Positions 29,431-38,029 of a DNA stretch of 53,596 nucleotides are shown here, piece after piece. Both the position numbers and the translations under genes were made by a program. Position 1 is the first letter of the stretch. Every line of letters begins with the position of its first letter. The notes beneath the pieces were generated by a model that was given only the letters and a program-made list of their open reading frames with translations, was not told the origin of the DNA and did no database searches. The stretch is from contig CAYHVI010000004.1 of assembly GCA_964359655.1 (NCBI GenBank), positions 1 to 53,596 of the forward strand. Direction: 5' to 3'. The DNA is from an uncultured Candidatus Saccharibacteria bacterium. Its GTDB lineage: Bacteria > Patescibacteriota > Minisyncoccia > Minisyncoccales > UBA10102.

Positions 29431-30253
29431 TGTTTGAAGCCGGGCTTCAAACAGTGTATAATTACAAGTAATGAAGAATTTTCAGCAAAACACGCCTTCT
29501 CTTAATGAGACTACTCCTTACCATGTGCTTTCCCGCGCCATCGAGGGTCGTCCAATTTTTCAATCTAAAGACGATTGTTATCGTTTTATTTTCCAAATGT
29601 ACATTACGAATCACGGAAGTCCAGCTTCCAATCTTCACCGGAGAGATGTTATAAAAGTCGCCCAATCGCTCCTTGACGGCGAAGATATCCCAAAAAACTT
29701 CTTCACCAAACAGCATTCTCCTCTTGTACATTTCCTTAGCTTTACCCACGTGGTCAACCACTACCATTTTCTTCTATTGCCGATAGAAGAAAATGGGGTT
29801 TCTCGTTATATGCAAAAACTTAATACTGCCTTCGCGCGGTATTTCAATATCAAATACGCGAGGAGAGGTCCTCTTTTTGAGAGTAGATATAAAACGATCG
29901 CGATTGAAAGCGAAAGTCAGCTTGATGCAATCATTCGATATATCAATGTAAAGAACCCGCTTGATGTGCACCAACCTGGGTGGCGTGAAAGAGGGTTGCA
30001 AAACAAAAAAGAGGCTTGGGATTTTCTGTTTCGCTATCCTTTTTCGAGTTTCCCAGATATTTTTGGAAACAGGAACTCAAAACTTATTGCCCAAGGATCA
30101 ATAAAAAATCAGTATCTCGAGCGAGTATCTCTTTATGGGAAAGATTCTTATCTGAAATTCCTTCAAGCAGATTTTCATTCCTCACTTTCCCCAGATATAT
30201 CCCTCGAATAGCCGTGTTCGAAGCGGTGTTCGAAGCCCGGCTTCGAACACGGC
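29431..30253 (+). mobile_element. RAYT gene with flanking REP-like palindromes
   Basis: Left palindrome tgtttgaagccgggcttcaaaca (29431..29453). Right palindrome gtgttcgaagcccggcttcgaacac lies within 30211..30253, with a duplicated 5' arm gccgtgttcgaagc. Confidence 0.6.
29471..30211 (+). CDS. REP-associated tyrosine transposase / IS200-like Y1 (HUH) transposase
   Basis: 246 aa with YHVLSRAIEGRPIF, the HUH motif NHYHFLL and the catalytic-Tyr region IRYINVKNP. It is one of only 3 plus-strand genes. Confidence 0.75.
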   Translation: MKNFQQNTPSLNETTPYHVLSRAIEGRPIFQSKDDCYRFIFQMYITNHGSPASNLHRRDVIKVAQSLLDGEDIPKNFFTKQHSPLVHFLSFTHVVNHYHFLLLPIEENGVSRYMQKLNTAFARYFNIKYARRGPLFESRYKTIAIESESQLDAIIRYINVKNPLDVHQPGWRERGLQNKKEAWDFLFRYPFSSFPDIFGNRNSKLIAQGSIKNQYLERVSLYGKDSYLKFLQADFHSSLSPDISLE

Positions 30254-30309
30254 TATGAATCGCTGGATACTACGGCAATTGGATACTAGAGCAAACAGAA
30301 AATCAAACA

Positions 30310-30337
30310 GAAAACGCTCCGGAGATGGAGCGTTTTC
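30310..30337. terminator. hairpin gaaaacgctcc-ggagat-ggagcgttttc
   Basis: 11-bp stem with T-rich sequence following on the minus strand. It lies between the RAYT gene and the pilin gene and could act in either direction. Confidence 0.4.
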
Positions 30338-30436
30338 GCCATTGACTCGCATACAAGATTATCTGCGAGTTTCGTTTGAAGCTTCGTTGCAAACATATTC
30401 TTAAAATCGGGTTTCGAACATTGTTTCCAAACAACG

Positions 30437-30477
30437 GATCAAAACACGAAACCGTCATATGATGACGGTTTCGTGTT
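30437..30477 (-). terminator. rho-independent terminator of the major pilin gene
   Basis: About 15-bp perfect stem aacacgaaaccgtca/tgacggtttcgtgtt (30443..30477). On the minus strand it is followed by ttttgatcc, and it sits 23 nt after the pilin stop. Confidence 0.8.
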
Positions 30478-30499
30478 GACCTAAAATCGAGCAGAGCTA

Positions 30500-30985
30500 T
30501 TACGGACAAACGTATGTAGTGGCGACAACACAAAAGCCTGCACCAGAGGGAAGTGTAGCTGTTCTCACTGCTCTAAGAGTACTGTCAACACAGTAATAAT
30601 CGGCAGCGTTAAGCTGTGTCCAAGCACAATAATCAGAATTTGTTGTAGGTTTCGTAATTGTTACAGCAGTACCTCCTTGAGCTGTAACTTCTGTACAAAG
30701 AGTAGTAAAAGGAGCAACGGTACAAAGAACATCTGCATAACTCCCGACTGGACTTTGGCTAGCTTCGATCTCAGCTTGAGTTCGGAAGTTACTCATCGCA
30801 GCAACAATCCGTGCATCTCTTGCAGAATCTTGGGCTCCTCCCAACGACACCAATACGATTCCCGCGAGCAAACCGATAATCGCGATAACGACCAATAACT
30901 CAATGAGCGTAAAACCCCTCGACTTCGTGCTTCGCACTCCGCTCGGGGCAAGCCCTCTTGACTTTTTTTGTTTTTTGTTGAACAT
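30500..30985 (-). CDS. type IV major pilin candidate (PilA-like)
   Basis: 161 aa. The motif G|FTLIELLVVIAIIGLLAGIV follows a 24-aa leader. The gene has its own strong terminator and lies downstream of a terminator after pilC. There are two Cys near the C-terminus. Confidence 0.8.
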   Translation of the reverse strand: MFNKKQKKSRGLAPSGVRSTKSRGFTLIELLVVIAIIGLLAGIVLVSLGGAQDSARDARIVAAMSNFRTQAEIEASQSPVGSYADVLCTVAPFTTLCTEVTAQGGTAVTITKPTTNSDYCAWTQLNAADYYCVDSTLRAVRTATLPSGAGFCVVATTYVCP

Positions 30986-31086
30986 AAGATTTAGATTTCA
31001 AAATTTCACATTACTCGACCTTTCATAATTTCTTTGCTACGCTATATATTGTATCATTATAAAGGAAAGGCAAGAAGGCTGCCTGT

Positions 31087-31127
31087 GGAAAACTCCCCCC
31101 ACACTAATTCACAGAATTAGTGTGGGG
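31087..31127 (-). terminator. terminator after pilC
   Basis: Stem ccccccacactaattc/gaattagtgtggggg (31095..31127) begins 3 nt after the pilC stop. It is followed by agttttcc. Confidence 0.65.
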
Positions 31128-31129
31128 GT

Positions 31130-32344
31130 TCATTGTATTCCTCCTGAAATAGTCTGATACAGCGGAAGCATCAAAGAAGCCACCACGCCTCCCACCAGCA
31201 CACCGAGCACTATAATAAGCATAGGCTCAATGAGTCCTATAAAGGCGTCGACATTTCGGTCCATTTCACCTCGATAGAATCGCACAATTTGAGAAAGAGT
31301 TTCGTCCAAGGCGCCCGATTTTTCTCCCACTTTTATCATTTGCGTAAAAACAGGGGGAAATTCTTTGGGATACCTTTCGAACACATCTGCCACTTTGCTT
31401 CCTTGTGCCACCGAATCCTTTGCCTGCTGAATAATGCGCTCATAGGTATCGTTTCCCACAATGTTGCCTGCAATGCCCAGCGCTTCTATGATAGGCACGC
31501 CTCCCGTAACTAACGTTGAAAGGTTTTCCCCAAATCTTGAAATATACATCATTCTCAAGAAAGATCCAAACACTGGAATTTTGAGCATTGCTCGATGCAC
31601 TACTCTTCTCCCTTCAGGAATTTTTGCCAATTGAAGCATTCCTAAAACCGCAGCCATCACACCAAGAGCAACCAGCCACCACCACTGCCGATAAAAGTTG
31701 GAAAACGCAATGACGATTTTGGTAATTACAGGAAGATCCTTGCCGGTTTCCTCCAAAATCTTTGTAAGATTGGGTAGGACGGTAACTGTCAAAAGTGTAA
31801 TCACCACGAAAGCAACAATCACCACAAAGAGAGGATAGGTCATAGCTCCTTTAATTTTGGACTTTAAATGATGCTCGCGCTCCAAATGATCTGCCAAGTA
31901 TTCAAGCACGTCAGAAAGTTTGCCCAAAGCCTCTCCGCGTCGCACCATGTTGATGTAAAAAGAAGAAAACACCTGCGTATGTTTTGCCAAGGCATCAGAA
32001 AACGTGGTGCCTGCTTCCACGTCCTGCCCAATCTGAAAAATTCTTGCTTTGAAGTTTTTGCTTTTGAGCTGGCCTCCAATGGTGGACAATGAGTCAACGA
32101 GCGAGACTCGGGATTTAAACATAATAGCTAACTGCCGGGAAAAAAGCATCACGTCTTTTTCAGCAACACGGTCAAACAGGGTAATTCGTTTGGCGTACAG
32201 CGGCTCTTCTTTTGTTTCTTTTAGCCAGGTGACATACAAGCCGTGCCGGTCTAAAATCTGCAGAGCAGCCACAACGGAAGACGCCTGAATGATGCCTTCT
32301 TGGTGTCTCCCTTGCTCATCTGATGTTCGATATTCAAATTTCAT
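31130..32344 (-). CDS. pilC: type IV pilus platform protein (GspF/PilC family)
   Basis: 404 aa with a duplicated T2SSF domain and 3 TM regions. Confidence 0.9.
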   Translation of the reverse strand: MKFEYRTSDEQGRHQEGIIQASSVVAALQILDRHGLYVTWLKETKEEPLYAKRITLFDRVAEKDVMLFSRQLAIMFKSRVSLVDSLSTIGGQLKSKNFKARIFQIGQDVEAGTTFSDALAKHTQVFSSFYINMVRRGEALGKLSDVLEYLADHLEREHHLKSKIKGAMTYPLFVVIVAFVVITLLTVTVLPNLTKILEETGKDLPVITKIVIAFSNFYRQWWWLVALGVMAAVLGMLQLAKIPEGRRVVHRAMLKIPVFGSFLRMMYISRFGENLSTLVTGGVPIIEALGIAGNIVGNDTYERIIQQAKDSVAQGSKVADVFERYPKEFPPVFTQMIKVGEKSGALDETLSQIVRFYRGEMDRNVDAFIGLIEPMLIIVLGVLVGGVVASLMLPLYQTISGGIQ

Positions 32345-32347
32345 ACA

Positions 32348-33412
32348 TTATCTTCTCACAAGGGTTCGAAGTTCCGCGGGATTAAGCGAATACTGCAAAG
32401 CGCTATCTAACGTAATCTCTCTTACTTTCACAAGGCTTGCTAAAGCGCGGTTTAGAGAAATCATTCCTTCTTCTGCAGAGGTTTCGATCACAAGGGGAAG
32501 CTCGTGCACTTTATTCTCCCTCACAAGATTTGCCACTGCTGTGTTTGCCATTAACACCTCGCAAACCGGAATCAACCCTCCTTGTATCCGCGGAAGCAGA
32601 CGCTGGGAAACAACCCCAAGTAGAGATCCTGAAAGCTGGGCTCGCACCTGACTTTGCTGTTCTGCGGGAAAAGAATCCACGATGCGGTGAATGGTCTGTC
32701 CGGCAGAATTCGTATGCAGCGTGGCAAAAACCAAATGGCCGGTTTCTGCTGCCGTAAGCGCAGTTCCAATGGTCTCTGAATCACGCATTTCTCCCACCAT
32801 AATCACGTTGGGATCCTGGCGAAACGTGGCACGCAGAGCCGAGGCAAAACTTTTGGTGTCTTTTGTTACCTCACGCTGATCAATCACTGATTTGTCGTCT
32901 CTGAACACATACTCTATGGGATCTTCAATCGTAATAATATGGTCTGCTCTGGTATGATTGATTTCGTCAACAAGAGAGGCAAGCGTGGTTGATTTGCCAT
33001 GCCCCGAAGGCCCTGCAATAATCACAAATCCTTGGCTTGCGCGCGCGAACTGATGCAACACCGGAGGCAAGTTCAATTCTTCTATAGTAAGAATCTTCTC
33101 TGGAATAAATCTAAGCGCGACGCTTAAGTTTCCCATCGTGTAAAATATATTTCCCCGGAATCTCACTCCTTGTTGTTCCAAGTGGTAAGAAAAGTCGATC
33201 TCCTTGTCTTGCCGCAGTCTCGAACGCTGTTCTTCTCCAAGGAAAGTAAGGACAACTTCTTCGACAAGCTGGACACTCACCGGAGGCTTTTTGACTAAAG
33301 GCACCAGCTCCCCTGCAACACGCAAAATCGGCGGCAGGCCTACCGAAAGATGAAGGTCGGAAGCCTTTTCTTCAATAGTAATATTTAAAAGCTCTTCGAT
33401 TTCGTTTTTCAT
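32348..33412 (-). CDS. pilT: twitching-motility retraction ATPase PilT
   Basis: 354 aa with Walker A GPSGHGKST, the Asp box and His box, and the PilT signature VFATLHTNSAGQTIHRIVD. Confidence 0.9.
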   Translation of the reverse strand: MKNEIEELLNITIEEKASDLHLSVGLPPILRVAGELVPLVKKPPVSVQLVEEVVLTFLGEEQRSRLRQDKEIDFSYHLEQQGVRFRGNIFYTMGNLSVALRFIPEKILTIEELNLPPVLHQFARASQGFVIIAGPSGHGKSTTLASLVDEINHTRADHIITIEDPIEYVFRDDKSVIDQREVTKDTKSFASALRATFRQDPNVIMVGEMRDSETIGTALTAAETGHLVFATLHTNSAGQTIHRIVDSFPAEQQSQVRAQLSGSLLGVVSQRLLPRIQGGLIPVCEVLMANTAVANLVRENKVHELPLVIETSAEEGMISLNRALASLVKVREITLDSALQYSLNPAELRTLVRR

Positions 33413-33780
33413 ATCGTTTGCACAAGCTTTATAACTTCTTCAACGATCTCACTTGGCGTATAATGGGCTTTAATAAGATATTTGACAGCTCCCAGATTCA
33501 ACCCCTTTTCGATTTCCTCTTTCTGTCCAAGATTGGAAAGAACTACAACCGGAATAGTTCTCAATTCCTCGCTTGCCTGGACCTGCGAAAGAATGTCCCA
33601 GCCGTCCGTATGAGGAAGCACGATATCTAAGAGCACAAGATCTGGTCTTTCTGATTCAATTGCTAAAAGCGCTTTCTCGCCTTGCTCCACCACAGACACC
33701 TCAAATCCGCTCTGCTTCAATTTCGTAGAATAAATATCAATAAGCAAGGGATCGTCTTCTATAAGAAGTATTTTTTTCAT
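33409..33780 (-). CDS. stand-alone CheY-like response-regulator receiver
   Basis: 123 aa. It has the DD pair (IEDDP), phospho-acceptor D in LVLLDIVLP, T in VVVLSN and K in KYLIKA. It overlaps pilT by 4 nt. Confidence 0.85.
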   Translation of the reverse strand: MKKILLIEDDPLLIDIYSTKLKQSGFEVSVVEQGEKALLAIESERPDLVLLDIVLPHTDGWDILSQVQASEELRTIPVVVLSNLGQKEEIEKGLNLGAVKYLIKAHYTPSEIVEEVIKLVQTI

Positions 33781-33787
33781 ATTTGGA

Positions 33788-35524
33788 TTATGATTCAGCC
33801 GTTACCCGAAGCACCTCTTCTAAAGTAGTAACTCCGTCTAACGCTTTTATAATGCCATCTTGTCTCATAGTAACCATGCCCTCCTCTCGAGCCACCTTTG
33901 CTATCTTTGCTTCCGACGCCCCTGTATTGACAATCTCTGCTATTTGATCAGACATTTCAAGCGCCTCCATAATCGCAATCCGGCCCGTATAACCTGATTG
34001 ACCGCATTTTTTACAGCCTGTAGGCTGGAATATAACTAATTCTTCGGCGCTGTTTCCCGCTGTGGGAACAAGCTGCTTTTTCACTCCTTCTGGGAGTTCT
34101 AAAATCTCTCGCCAGAGCAGATCGCGGATTCCTGTTTCCGGCTTCACTTTCTTCTTGCAGTCATTACATAATCTTCGCACAAGCCGCTGGCCAATTGCAA
34201 GGGCTAAAGTTGCGGGAATTAAATACCGGTCCACTCCCATATCGAGCAGGCGCGGAATAACTCCAGCAGCTCCATTCGTGTGCAGAGTCGAAAGCACCAG
34301 ATGGCCTGTGAGAGCTGCGTGAATTACAAGCGAGGCAGTTTCGTTGTCGCGCACTTCTCCCACCATAATAATATCCGGATCTTGGCGAAGCAACTGGCGA
34401 AGCCCGGAAGCGAAGTCATATCCGATTTCGGGCCGTACCTGCGATTGGTTCACTCCGTCGATGAAATACTCTATGGGATCTTCCAGACTTAAAATGTTCA
34501 CCGTTTCTTTATTCAGCTGGCGCAGCACCGCGTACAAAGTAGTTGTTTTCCCGGATCCGGTAGGCCCAGTAACCAAGAACAGGCCAAACGGTCGCTCGCT
34601 TACTGTCTTAATACGTTTTAAGTTCACGCCCTCAATTCCGAGGTCTTCAAAACTCTTGAATGCTTGCGCGGGATCGAGTACGCGCACAGCAACTTTTTCT
34701 CCCTGCGGAGTAGGAAACGTAGCCACGCGAAAGTCAATGTTTCGCTCTCCAATCGCCGCAGAAAACCTTCCGTCTTGGGGTTTTCTCGTCTCATCGATCT
34801 TCATATTTGCCAAGATTTTCAACCGGGATACAATTGTTTGACTTACATTTGCAGGGAGCATCAAGGAAGGATGCAAATCTCCCAAGAAGCGGAAACGAAC
34901 GCGCAAACCATCTCTCGAAGGCTCAATATGAACATCGGAGGCCCCTCCTTCCACGGCGTTGCGCAAAATAACAGCCACCATTTTGGTAATCGGCGCCTCT
35001 TCTTTTAGCTGGGCTGCCTTTCCTTGTTCTCCTTGCTTTCTCGGCCCTTTTCCCATTTCCTCCTCCAATTCTTTCAGCGCTCGGGTTGTTTCATGCCTCA
35101 AGCTTCGGGATTGTTTCCTTAAGTTTTCAAATGTTAAAAGAGTGATGAGCGATACCTCGTATGTAAAATTTCCCTGTCGCGCCAAAAACTGAAGCGCTTC
35201 CTGCGCCCTTGGATCTTCGGGAAACACCATGCCAACCTCGAGCACCCCATCTTTTAACCCCAAAGGCACCATCTTGTAATATTTGGCAGAGTCTTCCGGG
35301 ATTAACTCTAATGTTTTTAAAGAAACCTCTTGAGGTTCAATTGCCCGAAGCGGCATCTGCAAAAGTTCAGACTTTACTTGAAAGAGAAGATCTTCGTCAA
35401 GCTTTCTCCGGCTAAGCAATACTTCCTCTGGTTTTTGGCCAGTTGCCCGCGCCTCTTTTTCAATCTGCACTGCGTCTTCTCTCTTCAATAAATTCTTTTG
35501 TATGAGAGTTTCTAAGATATCCAT
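33788..35524 (-). CDS. pilB: type IV pilus assembly ATPase PilB (GspE family)
   Basis: 578 aa with an N-terminal T2SSE_N domain, Walker A GPTGSGKTT and a tetra-Cys motif CNDC...CKKC. Confidence 0.92.
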   Translation of the reverse strand: MDILETLIQKNLLKREDAVQIEKEARATGQKPEEVLLSRRKLDEDLLFQVKSELLQMPLRAIEPQEVSLKTLELIPEDSAKYYKMVPLGLKDGVLEVGMVFPEDPRAQEALQFLARQGNFTYEVSLITLLTFENLRKQSRSLRHETTRALKELEEEMGKGPRKQGEQGKAAQLKEEAPITKMVAVILRNAVEGGASDVHIEPSRDGLRVRFRFLGDLHPSLMLPANVSQTIVSRLKILANMKIDETRKPQDGRFSAAIGERNIDFRVATFPTPQGEKVAVRVLDPAQAFKSFEDLGIEGVNLKRIKTVSERPFGLFLVTGPTGSGKTTTLYAVLRQLNKETVNILSLEDPIEYFIDGVNQSQVRPEIGYDFASGLRQLLRQDPDIIMVGEVRDNETASLVIHAALTGHLVLSTLHTNGAAGVIPRLLDMGVDRYLIPATLALAIGQRLVRRLCNDCKKKVKPETGIRDLLWREILELPEGVKKQLVPTAGNSAEELVIFQPTGCKKCGQSGYTGRIAIMEALEMSDQIAEIVNTGASEAKIAKVAREEGMVTMRQDGIIKALDGVTTLEEVLRVTAES

Positions 35525-35526
35525 AG

Positions 35527-35820
35527 CTAGTCTGTAGGCACAAATGGATTTCTCTTTCCTACCTCTTCAGGAAGAGGAATAGGCGGCAAAAGAGCGCCCA
35601 GGTCCTGAAACACACGGGTTTTGAATACCGTAAAGTCAATTTCGACCACCGGAGGCAAGGGGGGTTGATTGTCCACCACAGACAAAGATGGCTCGCGGAA
35701 AAAGCCATACCAGATCAAAACCGCCCCTAAAAGAAGTATTACTCCCAATGCAAACAGAAGATATATCTGTCTGGAGCTTTTGGGAAAGAATGTAATTGCT
35801 ATGGAATTAAGGCCTTGCAT
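35527..35820 (-). CDS. small single-TM protein in PilP position
   Basis: Start trimmed to the ATG at 35820, giving a 14-nt overlap with pilO. It has one TM and a Pro-rich C-terminus. Confidence 0.4.
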   Translation of the reverse strand: MQGLNSIAITFFPKSSRQIYLLFALGVILLLGAVLIWYGFFREPSLSVVDNQPPLPPVVEIDFTVFKTRVFQDLGALLPPIPLPEEVGKRNPFVPTD

Positions 35821-36337
35821 AAGCAACGAGTTCAAATGTAAGAGTAAGTACCCCGGAGTCTGACGCAGAAGAAGCAATATTCAAAGAGCGCACGTTGAGG
35901 AATCGGGTGGATCTCTGTGCAGCATTCAGAAATTGTTTGAATCCCTCATAAGACCCTGCAAACTTTGCCCGAATCACCAGGGTGGCAAGTTCCTGCTCTG
36001 GTTTTTTTTGTTGTTCTTCGCCTTCAACAGACTGAAGTTGCAATCCGGAAGCAGCTCCGAGTTGCTGAACATGATCGTATAAAGCCGGCAATGCGACATC
36101 TTTGGGCACTGCTTGCGCAATTTTCGCGAAATCTTCCTCGTGTTCCTGTGCTTCAACTTCCACTGCCTTGAGTTTGACTAATGCTTCCTCGCCTTGTTCC
36201 AAACGCTCTCTGGCTGCTCGAAGCTGCGTTCTCAAGGAGGCAAACTCCTGATAGCTTGGCCATACCAAAAAGATTATCCCTGCCAAAGCAATCCCCAGAA
36301 CAACAAGTGAAATAATAATGCGCACAATTTTTTCCAT
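35807..36337 (-). CDS. pilO: PilO-like pilus assembly protein
   Basis: 176 aa with an N-terminal TM and then a coiled coil (QEFASLRTQLRAARERLEQGEEALVKLK). It sits between the pilN-like gene and pilB. Confidence 0.55.
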   Translation of the reverse strand: MEKIVRIIISLVVLGIALAGIIFLVWPSYQEFASLRTQLRAARERLEQGEEALVKLKAVEVEAQEHEEDFAKIAQAVPKDVALPALYDHVQQLGAASGLQLQSVEGEEQQKKPEQELATLVIRAKFAGSYEGFKQFLNAAQRSTRFLNVRSLNIASSASDSGVLTLTFELVAYARP

Positions 36338-36339
36338 GA

Positions 36340-36870
36340 TTAGGGGACCAAAAGCTCTGGTGACAAGGTAAATTCGACCTTAAAGCTGCCGTTTCCCTCA
36401 CCTGAAAGCAGCATCTCTTTTAACTGCACGGTTTGAAATTCTTTTTCCTTTTTCCACAAAAGTCGCTGCTGCTCTAAAGCAAAAAAATCTTTCGTTTCGC
36501 CTCCAAGAAACATGATATTCTTATCGCCAACTCTCTCAAGGTTTATGAAAAAAATATCAGGATGCGTGGTTCTTTCAAGCAGTTCAAAAAAAGGAAGGAA
36601 GTTTTTTCGCTCGCCTGCTACAAACTTGAAATCCTCCACTTTTTGTTTATACCCGCTAAGTTTTGCCACGAGTTTCTCCTCCTGCGGCCGGGTATCCTGC
36701 ATTAACTGCTTCTCTAAAATATCGAGATCGAGGCGAGCCCTACCTATTACCTGCTGCAAAATAAAAAAGGAAACGGCGACGCCTACCAGCGCGGCAAGAG
36801 ATACGATCAGGAAGAATACCTGCCCGAAAACTGGTTTCTCTGCTTTCTTGGGGATAAGTTCCACTATCAT
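36340..36870 (-). CDS. pilN: PilN-like pilus assembly protein
   Basis: I prefer the ATG at 36870 over the TTG at 36882. It has a short cytoplasmic N-terminus, a TM (VFFLIVSLAALVGVAVSFFIL) and a periplasmic-type domain, and lies immediately after pilM. Confidence 0.5.
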   Translation of the reverse strand: MIVELIPKKAEKPVFGQVFFLIVSLAALVGVAVSFFILQQVIGRARLDLDILEKQLMQDTRPQEEKLVAKLSGYKQKVEDFKFVAGERKNFLPFFELLERTTHPDIFFINLERVGDKNIMFLGGETKDFFALEQQRLLWKKEKEFQTVQLKEMLLSGEGNGSFKVEFTLSPELLVP

Positions 36871-36874
36871 AGAT

Positions 36875-37927
36875 TTATTCAAAACCTCTCAACGCCATTC
36901 CTACTGCTACCGCATAGGCAGGCCCCATATCGGAAATAACTTCTTCGAACAATGGAGGATACATAATATCGCGAAACGGGGCAATGATTTCGGTTCTTTT
37001 TTTAAACTGTTTTTCCAAGTATTCACGAAGGCCGGGAAGTTTTGCCGCCCCTCCGGACAATACGATTTTTCGCACGGTTCCTATCCGCTGCAGCTCGAAT
37101 CCCTCGAGTACCCGCTTAATCTCCGTAGTAATTATATCGACCACCGGCACCAAAACGCGAACATTCCCCTGCACCAAATGAATTCCCTTTTGTATCTTTT
37201 CGAGCTCTGCCTTTTCAGAGTCAATCGATAAACTTGCTGCAACGCGCTCGGTAAAGGTGTTCCCTCCGACATTCAAGCTGTGGGAAATCCGCAGTAAATT
37301 GTTTGCCACCACGCTTACCGTGGTTGTATGGGAACCAATATCAATCAATACGGCAGGCTCCTTTTCCTCTTTTAAATACGAGCGAATATTGCCGAATATT
37401 TCAGCTTCGAGGGCAATGAGTTGAAGATCCGCAAACCTCGCTATTTCTTCATAATAATTAATCACCTCTTTGGGCACTGCGACAAGCAATATGCGGCTAT
37501 GCTGATCTGCTGTCTTTTCGAGCATCTGCCAGTCGAGCACTACTTCAGAAAGAGGGAGCGGCACATGGCGCCTTGCTTCAAATCGTACTGCTTCCCCCAG
37601 TTCCTGTTCTTTCATGCGGGGAAGTTCAAACGTTGTGAAAAAGCTCGAAAAATCGGAAATCGCGAATATCGCCTTTTTCTCTTGAATGTGCGCCTCCTCC
37701 ATAATTCCGCGCAGCGCTTTGGCAATATCGTTTGTGGAAAGCAGTAACGCCGACTTCTCAAATGACCGGAAGGGTTCTTTATACATCGTACGCATCCGAA
37801 TCTCCCCGTAATTTTTCAGCGTCCTTCGATCCCCCCAGCCGCCAAGCGCGACCACGCGCAAAGCCGAGCTTCCAATGTCAATACCCAAAAAAGTTTTCGG
37901 AACTACATCTATGGAAAACCAGCTCAT
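36875..37927 (-). CDS. pilM: type IV pilus assembly protein PilM (actin-like ATPase)
   Basis: 350 aa with GIDIGSSALRVV, IDIGSHTTTV and LSGGAAKLPGL actin-fold motifs. Confidence 0.88.
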   Translation of the reverse strand: MSWFSIDVVPKTFLGIDIGSSALRVVALGGWGDRRTLKNYGEIRMRTMYKEPFRSFEKSALLLSTNDIAKALRGIMEEAHIQEKKAIFAISDFSSFFTTFELPRMKEQELGEAVRFEARRHVPLPLSEVVLDWQMLEKTADQHSRILLVAVPKEVINYYEEIARFADLQLIALEAEIFGNIRSYLKEEKEPAVLIDIGSHTTTVSVVANNLLRISHSLNVGGNTFTERVAASLSIDSEKAELEKIQKGIHLVQGNVRVLVPVVDIITTEIKRVLEGFELQRIGTVRKIVLSGGAAKLPGLREYLEKQFKKRTEIIAPFRDIMYPPLFEEVISDMGPAYAVAVGMALRGFE

Positions 37928-38029
37928 TGATTATATCATAACGTATTTCCATATTCTCAACAAACAATTTATCCACCATGCCAAAAGCTGGTTGCCAAAT
38001 CCATCTCGTATGCAAAGATAAAGATACCT

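Noticed and set aside
29462-29767. 101-aa minus-strand ORF overlapping the RAYT gene
   Set aside because: It is antisense to an ORF carrying clear HUH and Tyr transposase motifs and has no motifs of its own.
36512-37231. 239-aa plus-strand ORF. Similar long antisense ORFs occur at 15198..15887, 21417..22145, 26019..26615, 40767..41408, 42305..42940, and many across rpoC/rpoB
   Set aside because: All lie antisense to well-supported conserved genes. Their sequences are low-complexity or Ser/Arg/Leu-rich with no recognisable motifs, and they lack start-site signals. They are shadow ORFs.
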